A stretch of 64,000 nucleotides of DNA. It comes from Macrostomum lignano. Taxonomy: Eukaryota. Location of the stretch: NCBI GenBank assembly GCA_002269645.1, contig NIVC01000004.1:62001-126000 (forward strand), given 5' to 3'. Position numbers and translations under genes: made by a program. Below the pieces are notes generated by a model that was not told the DNA's origin, did not search any database, and was given only the letters and a program-made list of their open reading frames with translations. Below are positions 1 through 10,918 of this stretch, piece by piece; position 1 is the stretch's first letter, and each line of letters begins with the position of its first letter.

Positions 1-695
1 AGGCCACCAATAATTCCAGGAAATCATTTCTTTAGTAGTACTCTCGTTTGGCAGAGAGCTTAAAAATGCTAGTAGCAGAGGTCACCCGGACAGGTAAAAA
101 GCCAAGAACCAAGGTTTCGGAATTAATCGCACAGCTCGCGGTGCAGATCGCCAAATCTCGTTGCTGTAGGACCCGTTGAAGTTTTTCCAAGCAGTCTGTC
201 TGGATTTCACTGTGAGGCAGCGAGAAAACTGATGTTGATGACTAATTTCAATGTGAAAGACTGCTTTTCAGTGGGATGATATCCAGTTTTAACGCCTAGG
301 ATGTGTCAACTTACATATACGAGCTTAGCTTAAAGCCAAGGAGTAGGCTGATCACCCTCACAAATTAAAAAAAACCCATGACTCATTGATGAATTGCTTG
401 CCAAGATTAAATATTAGTGCGATCATTGAGACGTCAGATTCTTCTAAATATTTTAATATTTATTTTTTTTTAAACATGAAAACAGGTGATTAGATTTTAG
501 GCTTGGGAAAACTTTAAAATTTTTCAATTTAAACCTTTGAGTTCTGAAAAGTATTTGATAACCACAGAAACAAACGGAGGTTTACAGTTTGGGAACAGCT
601 CAATGAATCTTCATCCTAAATATCAATTCATATTGTGGCTTCTCAAGCCAAAGCCGCAATGCTGGGGGCTCCCGGAGCCAGTCTGCGATGCGTAC

Positions 696-1415
696 TCAGT
701 CGAAGGGCGACACACACTCGCAGAGGCCGAAGCTGGCTGACGTCAGATCCGTCAGGCCGCCACTTCCGGACACGGCGGCGAGCTTGTCCTGTCCGCCGTT
801 GTCATCTGGCTCACCGGAATGCCACAGGCTCGGGTCCACGGTGATGTTGCAGCCGACCCAGTGCCAGCCGCCTGCCGGCTCCGCGCTGCCGGGAGCCTGG
901 AAGCCTCCGAGCCACAAATTGTTACCATCACGAAGCGACTCCACGTGGCTCATCTCTGAGCTGCTCGTCACGTCCGCCATGATCACCAGACCGCTCTCCG
1001 ACTCGCATGTCGATTTTATGACGTCCCACGAGCCGCTGATCACCTTGTACTTGACTCCGCAGAAGTCGTCTCCGTATCCGGACGGACACAGCAGTCCCGC
1101 CGACAGTCCCGGCTGCTGCCTCACGAACACCCGGCCTCGTCTCGAGCAGCCGCAGTCCCTCACAGACTTGCTGCACTTGTTGAACTCGAACAGCTGGCAC
1201 GGACCGTCGGACAGGCTGAAGGCCTGGCACTGCGGCCTCAGGCCACACAGGATGGCGCACTGCTCCTCAGACATCACGCCGTTGAGTGTCCTCACAAACG
1301 GACTGCTGATGCACAGGGAGCCGTTAATGGGCGCAAACTCGGTGCCGCACAGAGCAGCCGCCACAACCGCAGCTGTCAGCCCTAACATAGCGAGATGCAC
1401 AAACACGGGGCGCAT
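696..1415 (-). CDS. Secreted PAN/Apple + C-type lectin domain protein, copy 1 (239 aa, intronless)
   Basis: Hydrophobic leader; PAN core QCAILCGLRPQCQAFSLSDGPCQLF; CTLD motifs CPSGY..YKV, W..IKSTCES, LWLGG, WHW, W..GEPD, LTD, LCEC; ATG to stop intact. Confidence 0.88.
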   Translation of the reverse strand: MRPVFVHLAMLGLTAAVVAAALCGTEFAPINGSLCISSPFVRTLNGVMSEEQCAILCGLRPQCQAFSLSDGPCQLFEFNKCSKSVRDCGCSRRGRVFVRQQPGLSAGLLCPSGYGDDFCGVKYKVISGSWDVIKSTCESESGLVIMADVTSSSEMSHVESLRDGNNLWLGGFQAPGSAEPAGGWHWVGCNITVDPSLWHSGEPDDNGGQDKLAAVSGSGGLTDLTSASFGLCECVSPFD

Positions 1416-1639
1416 GGTGGCAGCTCTCTACTAGCCTGCTCTGAACGGAGCGGAAATCCTGGCTTGGGTTTTCCTGCTTCACCTGTTTTTTTCTCTTGGT
1501 TTTGCGCGGCACAGTTTGTTGTGACAACCGCCTGCATTTTATCATTGGCTGCCGCCGCTGTAATTGCCGATGAGATTCCCGCTGCCGGACAGTCTTCTTT
1601 TCCGCTAGGCTCTACTTCTGAGTAGTGCATAGAGATGTC

Positions 1640-4600
1640 TATGGACTCCTTATGCAATACATTACTAGGCTGAAATGCGAGTACGTTTCGTTGCTAGGAA
1701 TTCATTTGTTTCTACTCAGTGTGAGCTTCTCAAACGCTCAAGTTAGGAAGTTTCCCAGCTGCCGAAACTGATGCAGCATGCCTGCCATCTCACTGGCAGC
1801 TGTGTATCCTACGTGAGCTAAGCACATTCACTCAGCCCCGATGCCAGGATTTCACTTTCAAATGGTTGGGATGGAAACTGCGTGTTAGTGCTTCTGTCAA
1901 TAATTCAGAACGAGGCACCTGGGGTACCGAGTGCAGAAACACTTCTGTTACAAAGCAATCAAAAAGTGATGCGGGCATCAGAACAGCAGGATGGCGCCGT
2001 GCAAAACCTTCAGCTTTGAGTTTTTTGCAGCGAATCAAACCAATTTACTCGTAGTTGCTCAAAAGATAGTGCAGTGACCCGGCTCGGTTCGTGTGCCCAG
2101 CCCAAGTTTCTGATACTATAAGGTGGTACAAACAGGCGTGATGACGCTCTGCCAATGCTACATGAATACTGACAGGCGTGATGACGCTCTGCCAATGCTA
2201 TATGAATACTGACAGGCGTGATGACGCTCTGCCAATGCTACATGAATACTGACAGGCGTGATGACGCTCTGCCAATGCTACATGAATACTGACAGGCGTG
2301 ATGACGCTCTGCCAATGCTACATGAATACTGACAGGCGTGATGACGCTCTGCCAATGCTATATGAATACTGACAGGCGTGATGACGCTCTGCCAATGCTA
2401 CATGAATACTGACAGGCGTGATGACGCTCTGCCAATGCTACATGAATACTGACAGGCGTGATGACGCTCTGCCAATGCTACATGAATACTGACAGGCGTG
2501 ATGACGCTCTGCCAATGCTACATGAATACTGACAGGCGTGATGACGCTCTGCCAATGCTACATGAATACTGACAGGCGTGATGACGCTCTGCCAATGCTA
2601 CATGAATACTGACAGGCGTGATGACGCTCTGCCAATGCTACATGAATACTGACAGGCGTGATGACGCTCTGCCAATGCTACATGAATACTGACAGGCGTG
2701 ATGACGCTCTGCCAATGCTATATGAATACTGACAGGCGTGATGACGCTCTGCCAATGCTACATGAATACTGACAGGCGTGATGACGCTCTGCCAATGCTA
2801 CATGAATACTGACAGGCGTGATGACGCTCTGCCAATGCTATATGAATACTGACAGGCGTGATGACGCTCTGCCAATGCTACATGAATACTGACAGGCGTG
2901 ATGACGCTCTGCCAATGCTATATGAATACTGACAGGCGTGATGACGCTCTGCCAATGCTATATGAATACTGACAGGCGTGATGACGCTCTGCCAATGCTA
3001 CATGAATACTGACAGGCGTGATGACGCTCTGCCAATGCTACATGAATACTGACAGGCGTGATGACGCTCTGCCAATGCTATATGAATACTGACAGGCGTG
3101 ATGACGCTCTGCCAATGCTACATGAATACTGACAGGCGTGATGACGCTCTGCCAATGCTACATGAATACTGACAGGCGTGATGACGCTCTGCCAATGCTA
3201 CATGAATACTGACAGGCGTGATGACGCTCTGCCAATGCTACATGAATACTGACAGGCGTGATGACGCTCTGCCAATGCTACATGAATACTGACAGGCGTG
3301 ATGACGCTCTGCCAATGCTACATGAATACTGACAGGCGTGATGACGCTCTGCCAATGCTACATGAATACTGACAGGCGTGATGACGCTCTGCCAATGCTA
3401 CATGAATACTGACAGGCGTGATGACGCTCTGCCAATGCTACATGAATACTGACAGGCGTGATGACGCTCTGCCAATGCTATATGAATACTGACAGGCGTG
3501 ATGACGCTCTGCCAATGCTACATGAATACTGACAGGCGTGATGACGCTCTGCCAATGCTACATGAATACTGACAGGCGTGATGACGCTCTGCCAATGCTA
3601 CATGAATACTGACAGGCGTGATGACGCTCTGCCAATGCTACATGAATACTGACAGGCGTGATGACGCTCTGCCAATGCTACATGAATACTGACAGGCGTG
3701 ATGACGCTCTGCCAATGCTACATGAATACTGACAGGCGTGATGACGCTCTGCCAATGCTACATGAATACTGACAGGCGTGATGACGCTCTGCCAATGCTA
3801 CATGAATACTGACAGGCGTGATGACGCTCTGCCAATGCTACATGAATACTGACAGGCGTGATGACGCTCTGCCAATGCTACATGAATACTGACAGGCGTG
3901 ATGACGCTCTGCCAATGCTACATGAATACTGACAGGCGTGATGACGCTCTGCCAATGCTACATGAATACTGACAGGCGTGATGACGCTCTGCCAATGCTA
4001 CATGAATACTGACAGGCGTGATGACGCTCTGCCAATGCTACATGAATACTGACAGGCGTGATGACGCTCTGCCAATGCTACATGAATACTGACAGGCGTG
4101 ATGACGCTCTGCCAATGCTACATGAATACTGACAGGCGTGATGACGCTCTGCCAATGCTACATGAATACTGACAGGCGTGATGACGCTCTGCCAATGCTA
4201 CATGAATACTGACAGGCGTGATGACGCTCTGCCAATGCTACATGAATACTGACAGGCGTGATGACGCTCTGCCAATGCTACATGAATACTGACAGGCGTG
4301 ATGACGCTCTGCCAATGCTACATGAATACTGACAGGCGTGATGACGCTCTGCCAATGCTACATGAATACTGACAGGCGTGATGACGCTCTGCCAATGCTA
4401 CATGAATACTGACAGGCGTGATGACGCTCTGCCAATGCTACATGAATACTGACAGGCGTGATGACGCTCTGCCAATGCTACATGAATACTGACAGGCGTG
4501 ATGACGCTCTGCCAATGCTACATGAATACTGACAGGCGTGATGACGCTCTGCCAATGCTACATGAATACTGACAGGCGTGATGACGCTCTGCCAATGCTA

Positions 4601-5000
4601 CATGAATACTGACAGGCGTGATGACGCTCTGCCAATGCTACATGAATACTGACAGGCGTGATGACGCTCTGCCAATGCTATATGAATACTGACAGGCGTG
4701 ATGACGCTCTGCCAATGCAGAGTGTGTTGCGACACTCTCTGGTGCTTATACAGTGGTTCAGTATAAGTAAAAGTATATGATGGTATCCGCTCTCACGGCG
4801 TAATCACGTTCTGGCAAGAAGTTACTGTAGCTTCTTATCTATCCCTGCCTAACAAGCTTCCCGGAAAAGAAGGAATACTCAAAGCAGGCGGCTTACCAGT
4901 GGCTGAGTTACTGAACGCCGCTTACGAGCTATATTTGAGTTCTCAACGTGGCGATAATTTGCCGATACCCGGGCCGGACTCGCTCGCAGGTCTCAGAGCG
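1640..5000 (-). mobile_element. Highly degenerate DIRS/Ngaro-like tyrosine-recombinase relic interrupted by a 40-bp minisatellite
   Basis: Minus-strand frames with stops: SYSNF..ADTIIYFYLY..APESVATHSALAERHH (integrase N-terminal-like) and HVGYTAASEMAG..QFRQLGNF..AFEK (resembles HSFRIGAAT..IRQLGRW.S.AF); recognised by eye only. Confidence 0.4.
2132..4718. repeat. 40-bp minisatellite, about 65 near-identical units (ACAGGCGTGATGACGCTCTGCCAATGCTAYATGAATACTG)
   Basis: Direct tandem periodicity of 40; the only variant seen is C/T in CTA(C/T)ATG. Confidence 0.98.
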
Positions 5001-5678
5001 GTGCATGACTGGCTGATCTTTTGGCTTTAAGTCGATGTCTACTATTTACGACAGTATCGTACTTCTCTGGCCCGTTCTGGGGCTTAGCTAAAGTTCTTTG
5101 CCTACTCTTAACCGAATCTGTTTCTGAGAATTTCTCAGACCGCTGTGAGTCGTTCGGCGTCACAAAAAAGGCCGGGCGCAAAATAGAAAACAAGGGGGAA
5201 GGGAGACGGAGACGGCGCAGTGCGAGAAAAGGGCACACGATAATACATAGCAGCTCAGGTCTTGGAGGGGGGCAGACGGCCCACCGGCTAAGCCGACAAA
5301 ATAGAGACACGCACCGGCCAGCCAATCAAAACCCCGTCTGGGGGAATGAGGGTGCTGCACCCGCGCCAAAGCCGGCAGCTGGCGGCAGCCAACCAGCCCA
5401 GAGCACGGGGCAGGGCGCACGGCTGGGGTGGGGCACGCACAAAGCCCAGCGGCCAGTCAGACCTGGCCACGCACACCAACCCCCCCCCCCCAGTCAGCCC
5501 CAAAGTGCATCGCGCCCTGTAAAAAAACAAGGGCACATACACTAAAATATTAAAACCCCTTATGAGATCTAAGAAAGTCAACCGCAAGCACATTCCCGTA
5601 AGTGCCTGTTTGCTCTTTGTCTTTTCCATTTTTAGACAGTCCGGTGGGAGTTTTACTTCACTTTTTAGATTTCCGATT

Positions 5679-6401
5679 TCAGTTGAATGGCGACTGGCAC
5701 TCGCAGAGGCCGAAGCTGGCCGATGTCAGATCCGTCAGGCCGTCCCTGCCGTTCAGAGCGGCGAGTTTGTCCTGTCCACCTTTGTCATTTGGCTCATTGG
5801 GATGCCACAGGCTGCTGTCTATGGAGATGTTGCAGCTCAGCCAGTGCCAGCCACCGCTGGGTTCGATGCTACCTGGAGCTTGGAAGCCTCCGAGCCACAT
5901 GGGACTTGAGCCTGTGTGCAGTGACCGGATCTGATTCACTTGGGTCAACTCCTCCGTGCTCGTCACGTCCGCCATGATCACCAGACCGCTCTCCGACTCG
6001 CATGTCGATTTTATGACGTCCCACGAGCCGCTGATCACCTTGTACTTGACTCCACAGAAGTCGTCTCCGTATCCGAGCGGACACAGCAGTCCCGCCGGCA
6101 GTCCCGGCTGCTGCCTCACGAACACCCGGCCTCGTCTCGAGCAGCCGCAGTCCCTCACAAACTTGCTGCACTTGTTGAACTCGAACAGCTGGCACGGACC
6201 GTCGGACAGGCTGAAGGCCTGGCACTGCGGCCTCAGGCGGCACAGAATGGCGCACTGCAGCTCCGAAGCGGCTCCAGCAAAGGTTCGGACGAAGTCGCTA
6301 TTGATGCACAGGGAGCCGTCGATCGGAGAGAACTTGGTGCTGCACTGTGAGGCAGCGGCTGCTGCAGCCGCAATCACCCAAATCGCTAGGCGGACCAGCA
6401 T
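5679..6401 (-). CDS. Secreted PAN/Apple + C-type lectin domain protein, copy 2 (240 aa)
   Basis: Paralog of copy 1; signal peptide MLVRLAIWVIAAAAAA; EPN motif; intact ORF. Confidence 0.88.
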   Translation of the reverse strand: MLVRLAIWVIAAAAAAASQCSTKFSPIDGSLCINSDFVRTFAGAASELQCAILCRLRPQCQAFSLSDGPCQLFEFNKCSKFVRDCGCSRRGRVFVRQQPGLPAGLLCPLGYGDDFCGVKYKVISGSWDVIKSTCESESGLVIMADVTSTEELTQVNQIRSLHTGSSPMWLGGFQAPGSIEPSGGWHWLSCNISIDSSLWHPNEPNDKGGQDKLAALNGRDGLTDLTSASFGLCECQSPFN

Positions 6402-6482
6402 CTTGTAGCTGCCTGTCTGCCGCGGTCTGACGAAGACGCCTTCTCATGCGAATCTTCCTTTCTATGCTCGCCAGCTAAATTA

Positions 6483-6496
6483 GTTGCCATAGCAAC
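6483..6496. promoter_or_regulatory. RFX X-box upstream of lectin copy 2
   Basis: GTTGCCATAGCAAC matches GTNRCC-N(0-3)-RGYAAC, 82 bp upstream of the ATG; the same 14-mer lies upstream of copy 5. Confidence 0.6.
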
Positions 6497-6578
6497 AGCG
6501 CCCAACTGCTGCCTTTGTCTGCCACCAATCAGGTTCTGACTGAGTCCTCATTTCAGAAAATCTGTCTCTGGCACAGGT

Positions 6579-6733
6579 GCACTACCGGTCTTCACTACCG
6601 GTCTGCACTACCGGTCTGCACTACCGGTCTGCACTACCGGTCTCCACTACCGGTCTGCACTACCGGTCTGCATTACCGGTCTCCACTACCGGTCTGCACT
6701 ACCGGTCTGCACTACCGGTCTGCACTACCGGTC
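6579..6733. repeat. 13-bp tandem repeat (GCACTACCGGTCT), about 12 units
   Basis: Direct periodicity. Confidence 0.95.
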
Positions 6734-7404
6734 CACTCATAACATTTCGGCACAGAACATGTCATCAAAGTACTTATAACTAAGAAATCCAATTTCTGCT
6801 ATTTTTCAATTTTGACGCAGTCGTCTACAGGCTCAATATGCTTGAATCCGTGTACGCCGAACTAGGAATACATTCTACTGAATCCGCAGCTCTGAAGGAC
6901 CTGCTGCAGGTGTTTGAATGGCTCCCAGGCTTCTGCGGATGCATTGGTTCTTGTCTTCTGCTTTCGGCATCTGTTGCAGCATTTCTAACTGCATAAAAAG
7001 CCAGTCTGCAACAGAACTGCTTTTGCCCGATAGATTGGCTGCTGAAATGCATCATGAAACGAGAAAAAGCGAACTGCTGCAGGCTGCTTCAGTGGTAATG
7101 CAATGAGAATCGTCATTTTCCTGTTTTTTAAGGTAAAACATACACCACGATGGAGAGTGCCTCAACATTCTCAAGGAAACCACACAGCCACCATCCAAGG
7201 TGACGGTTTTGCTTGTAGCAGCAATCGTCTCGCTAAACGATGCTGTTTGCAGATATCGAGTTTTAGCTTCAGCAAATAATTTGACTCTCTTCCCGCATGT
7301 AGGGCTACTCTCTTCTCCGTCCACGCACGCGTCGTTTGTACTTTTATCTTATCTCAAAATATTGTAGAAATAAATACAAAGATAAATACAAAAGCTGCTC
7401 TTAA

Positions 7405-8515
7405 CTTAACTTAGCTGCGGGGCTGTTCCGGAGGGGACACAGCGAGAAGGCTAATCCCCGAACGGCCGACGCGTCGCTATGGACGAAGGGTTGGCGCCGC
7501 CCAGGGAGGTCCCCCAGTGTCGCCAGCAGCTATAGTGCTCTCTGAAAAAGAGAGTTCAGCCCTGCTGGTGGCCCAGAGGTAGCGCATGAGCTGATTAAAA
7601 GTGTGGCCTGGAGGTAAGTGAGTCTGGCTCGCATGAAGGTAGGACAGATGCTGACGGAATGTTCAGCGGTTTCGTCACCTTAGTTACAAAAGCTGCACAG
7701 GCGTTGGTGGTGTTGCCCTGCAGGTACTGGTGCCTGCAGAAGCAGCCGTGACCCGAGAGGGCAGCCCGGATGTCTCTTCGCGAGAGGCGCAGGAGGAGCT
7801 TCCGGAGCTGGTGAGAGGGCTGAGGGACAGCGCCTCTGGATTGCCTGCAGGTAGTGCAGTTCTCCCAGGCTGAGCAGTGCTGACTCCTGATCCACGCCTT
7901 GATGCGCGAGTCGATGGCACAGCCAGGAATCGGGACAATGGGTTCAGGCCCGAGAGAGGAGCCGGAGGCGCCAACTTTTGCAAGGGTGTCAGCCAGCTCA
8001 TTTCCTCGGATCCCCACATGCCCCGGAACCCACTTAAGGGTGATTTTGTTGGCGGAACCCAACATGTTGAGGAGTTTGATACAGTCGAGGACTGTAGCAG
8101 AGTTGGTACTACAGCCACTGATGGCGTGCAAGGCAGCTTGGCTGTCCGAATGGAAAATGATGTTCTTGCCGGTTTCGCCAGTGGCGAGAAGCTCTGCAGT
8201 GCAAGAGCTGATGGCGAGACCTTCATTTTGGAAGACACTGGAGTTGACCCCAGTATCCTGAGCGTGGTTTGCGATGACCCTCCCGTTCAGGAAGATCCCA
8301 ACACCAAAGCCGGTGTTGACTGACTGCTTTAAACCATCGGTGGTAGCAGTGGAGCTCACCAGGGTTCCAGTGGTCATTGATGGTATCGCGCGGGTCGATA
8401 GCTACGGAGTAGCGTTGTCTCAGATTGAGCGTTGAGGCAATGCCATCGGTGAAGACGCGATTGGCCTGACACTCGTTGAGAATGTTGAGGCACAGGTCAC
8501 ATGGGATGGGAACTG
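7405..8515 (-). mobile_element. 5'-truncated non-LTR retrotransposon 3' end with RNase H (LOA/R1-like), frameshifted
   Basis: ORF 7595-8377: TDG..K..TGFGV, SVFQNE..AI, IIFHSDSQAAL, LKWVPGHVGIRGNELADTLAKVG, then GHGCFCRHQY; short (TTAAG)n-like tail near 7401-7415; frame break near 8340. Confidence 0.85.
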
Positions 8516-8930
8516 CAAAGATCCACTTGGAAACTGCAAAGATCCATTTGGAAACTACAAAAATCCGTTTAGAAACTACAAAAATGATTATGTGAGATGA
8601 GATTGCACGCAGTGGAATTTTGCTCATTCCGTCAGCAGAGCCAGTGCAAACGCAGACTAAAATCCAACACACTGGAACAGGCATTTGCTCCAGTGCAAGA
8701 TTGCAATACACACAATATTCCTAGCACAATGCTTCGCTCATGGTCGAAAAGGCATGCACAAAAGCGTCTAAACTTTCACAAATTGTGAATATTCTAAAAT
8801 ATTTTTTTAGGTTTAAATGACTCCAAAATTTTTTAGAAAACTTTTAAGTGAGAGTTGAAGCCACAATGGAGTCGCAGCTCAGTGCCAGCCAGCCCAGCCG
8901 AGTGAATTCACGGTCACTCCCTGCCGAGCT

Positions 8931-9695
8931 TCAGTCGAACGGGGATGCGCACTCGCACAGGAACCGGTCGCAGCCTGAGTAGCCTTCCGGCATGTCCGTG
9001 AGATATTTAAAGCCCGAGAATCGACCGAGCCAGTGCTCTTTGCCTCCAGAATCATTCGGTTCGCCAGAGGCCCACAGGCCGGCGTCCACGGTGATGTTGC
9101 AGCCGACCCAGTGCCAGCCGCCTGCCGGCTCCGCGCTGCCGGGTGGCTGGAAGCCTCCGAGCCACATCGAGCTGCCGCTGGCGTAGAGAGACCGCAGCGA
9201 CTCCACGTGGCTCATCTCTGAGCTGCTCGTCACGTCCGCCATGATCACCAGACCGCTCTCCGACTCGCACTTCTGCCGGCTCGTCTCCCACAGTTTGTCA
9301 GCGCTGTTGTAGACCTTGTACCTGACTCCACACAGGTTGTCGCCGTATCCGGGCGGACACAGCAGTCCCGCCGACAGTCCCGGCTGCTGCCTCACGAACA
9401 CTCGGCCTCGTCTCGAGCAGCCGCAGTCCCTCACAGACTTGCTGCACTTGTTGAACTCGAACAACTGGCACGGACCGTCGGACAGGCTGAAGGCCTGGCA
9501 CTGCGGCCTCAGGCGGCACAGAATGGCGCACTGCAGCTCCGAAGCGACTCCAGCGAAGGTGCGGACGAAGTCGCTGTTGATGCACAGGGAGCCGTCGATC
9601 GGAGAGAACTTGGTGCTGCAGACCGGATCCCGAGTTGATTCATCCGCAGCAGCAACTGCCAGAAGAACAGTCAGAGTCAGGAGCACGGACAGCAT
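8931..9695 (-). CDS. Secreted PAN/Apple + C-type lectin domain protein, copy 3 (254 aa)
   Basis: First ATG (MLSVLLTLTVLLAVAAA signal peptide) at 9695; the ORF track starts at an upstream TTG; EPN motif; unique C-terminal loop. Confidence 0.88.
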   Translation of the reverse strand: MLSVLLTLTVLLAVAAADESTRDPVCSTKFSPIDGSLCINSDFVRTFAGVASELQCAILCRLRPQCQAFSLSDGPCQLFEFNKCSKSVRDCGCSRRGRVFVRQQPGLSAGLLCPPGYGDNLCGVRYKVYNSADKLWETSRQKCESESGLVIMADVTSSSEMSHVESLRSLYASGSSMWLGGFQPPGSAEPAGGWHWVGCNITVDAGLWASGEPNDSGGKEHWLGRFSGFKYLTDMPEGYSGCDRFLCECASPFD

Positions 9696-10244
9696 GGTGT
9701 TGCTGTCAAAGCCTGTTCTGCTCAGCTTGTGCCGCTCAGCCTGGGTGCCGTGGCACCATTTATCAGAATTCACTCCCTGCAATGAGATTCAATGAGATTC
9801 AATGAGATCCTCACGGCCCCTCATTGGCTGCTATGAGCATTTTTGTTCTGGTTGGTTTCCTGAGACCGTGAAAGTCCGTTTGACTGAATGAGTCAGGCAG
9901 AGCAACAGCCCTCAGGCCGGAAACTTGCTTGCACCGAGTCAGACAACCATTATCGCTCATTGCAACTGGCCATGAATAGAAGCCCTTTGACTTAGAGATG
10001 CTTTGAAAGCTGGAGCTGCTCAGACTGGTTCTCACTCTGCCCCTTAGCGCAGCTGGAGCAGGAAGAGATCCAAGAGCTCTGCAAGTGGACTAAGTGGACT
10101 AAGTGTTCAAAGGGAATGTCATGTCAAGTCTGTCATTGTTCTACCCGGCAAGAAAGTCGGCGTGAAGGCGCTCACGACCGTGATGGTACGGGTGTACATT
10201 GCGTACGCCCTCTGTAAATCGAAATTGAAACGAAATTGAAACAT

Positions 10245-10850
10245 TTAGCCTGCAAGTGACCGGTGCTCTTGCTCTCAAACCCCCGTTTTGACTGCCTAGG
10301 AGGTTGGACGCCTAAGCCTCTGTCGCGCTCTATTTATTATCTATCTTATCTTATCTACGAGCCCAGCCTTCGTCTAGTTCATTCAAACTCCAATCGTACT
10401 CGCCATCGAAGGTGAAGGTCCAACAGCCCCTGGTCCTCGCCGCTGCACATGGTGTCGAACAATGATGTTACGGTGCAGGATCGGCAGTTCCGCCTGCCCG
10501 AGCAAAAGTACAACGCGTTTAACCGTAAGCTGCTCGCCTTGTATCTGGTTGTCCGGCACTTCCGCTACGCCCTCGATGTCCAGCACGTGGCAGACAAGGA
10601 TAACCCGGTCGCGTACGCGTCACGGTCGCTTTGGTGCAGCTCCGGCTGCCGGAAATTCTATCAAGAGGTCACCCACCAAATTCAGCGGTGGCCACCCACC
10701 ACCGGCCGCTCGACATGACGGCAGCCACCTCGCCGGTGCAGACCAACAACGTTTGATGCATGGCTCAGTGCTTGGGGGGGGGGGAGCGTGTGGCGGCTAG
10801 GCATGCCTGTGACCGGTGCTCGTGCACTCAAACCCCTGTTTGTTTTTTTT
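10245..10850 (+). mobile_element. Internally deleted Ty3/gypsy LTR retrotransposon remnant
   Basis: LTR-like segment ending CA at 10449 followed by PBS-like TGGTGTCG; RNase H remnant EQKYNAFNRKLLALYLVVRHFRY..QHVADKDNPVA; poly-G PPT 10774-10788 then TG-start LTR repeating GTGACCGGTGCTC..CTCAAACCCC of 10256. Confidence 0.75.
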
Positions 10851-10918
10851 TGATCCGGACAGTCAGTTTTAAAACAGATACAGCATGCTCCAGACACCCA
10901 GGTAACAGCAACGTAATA

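Noticed and set aside
229-245. Hammerhead ribozyme cores (CTGATG near 229 and 1768)
   Set aside because: No complete CTGANGA plus GAAA core with flanking helices
2138-2212. Box C (GTGATGA) and box D (CTGA) in every 40-bp unit, so a dimer mimics a C-D'-C'-D snoRNA
   Set aside because: No terminal stem, no rRNA complementarity that I can recognise, and box C comes from the antisense of His-His codons of the host retroelement relic; probably coincidence
2132-4718. CRISPR-like array of 40-bp repeats
   Set aside because: Units are contiguous with no unique spacers, there are no cas genes, and the context is eukaryotic. The same applies to all other arrays in the window.
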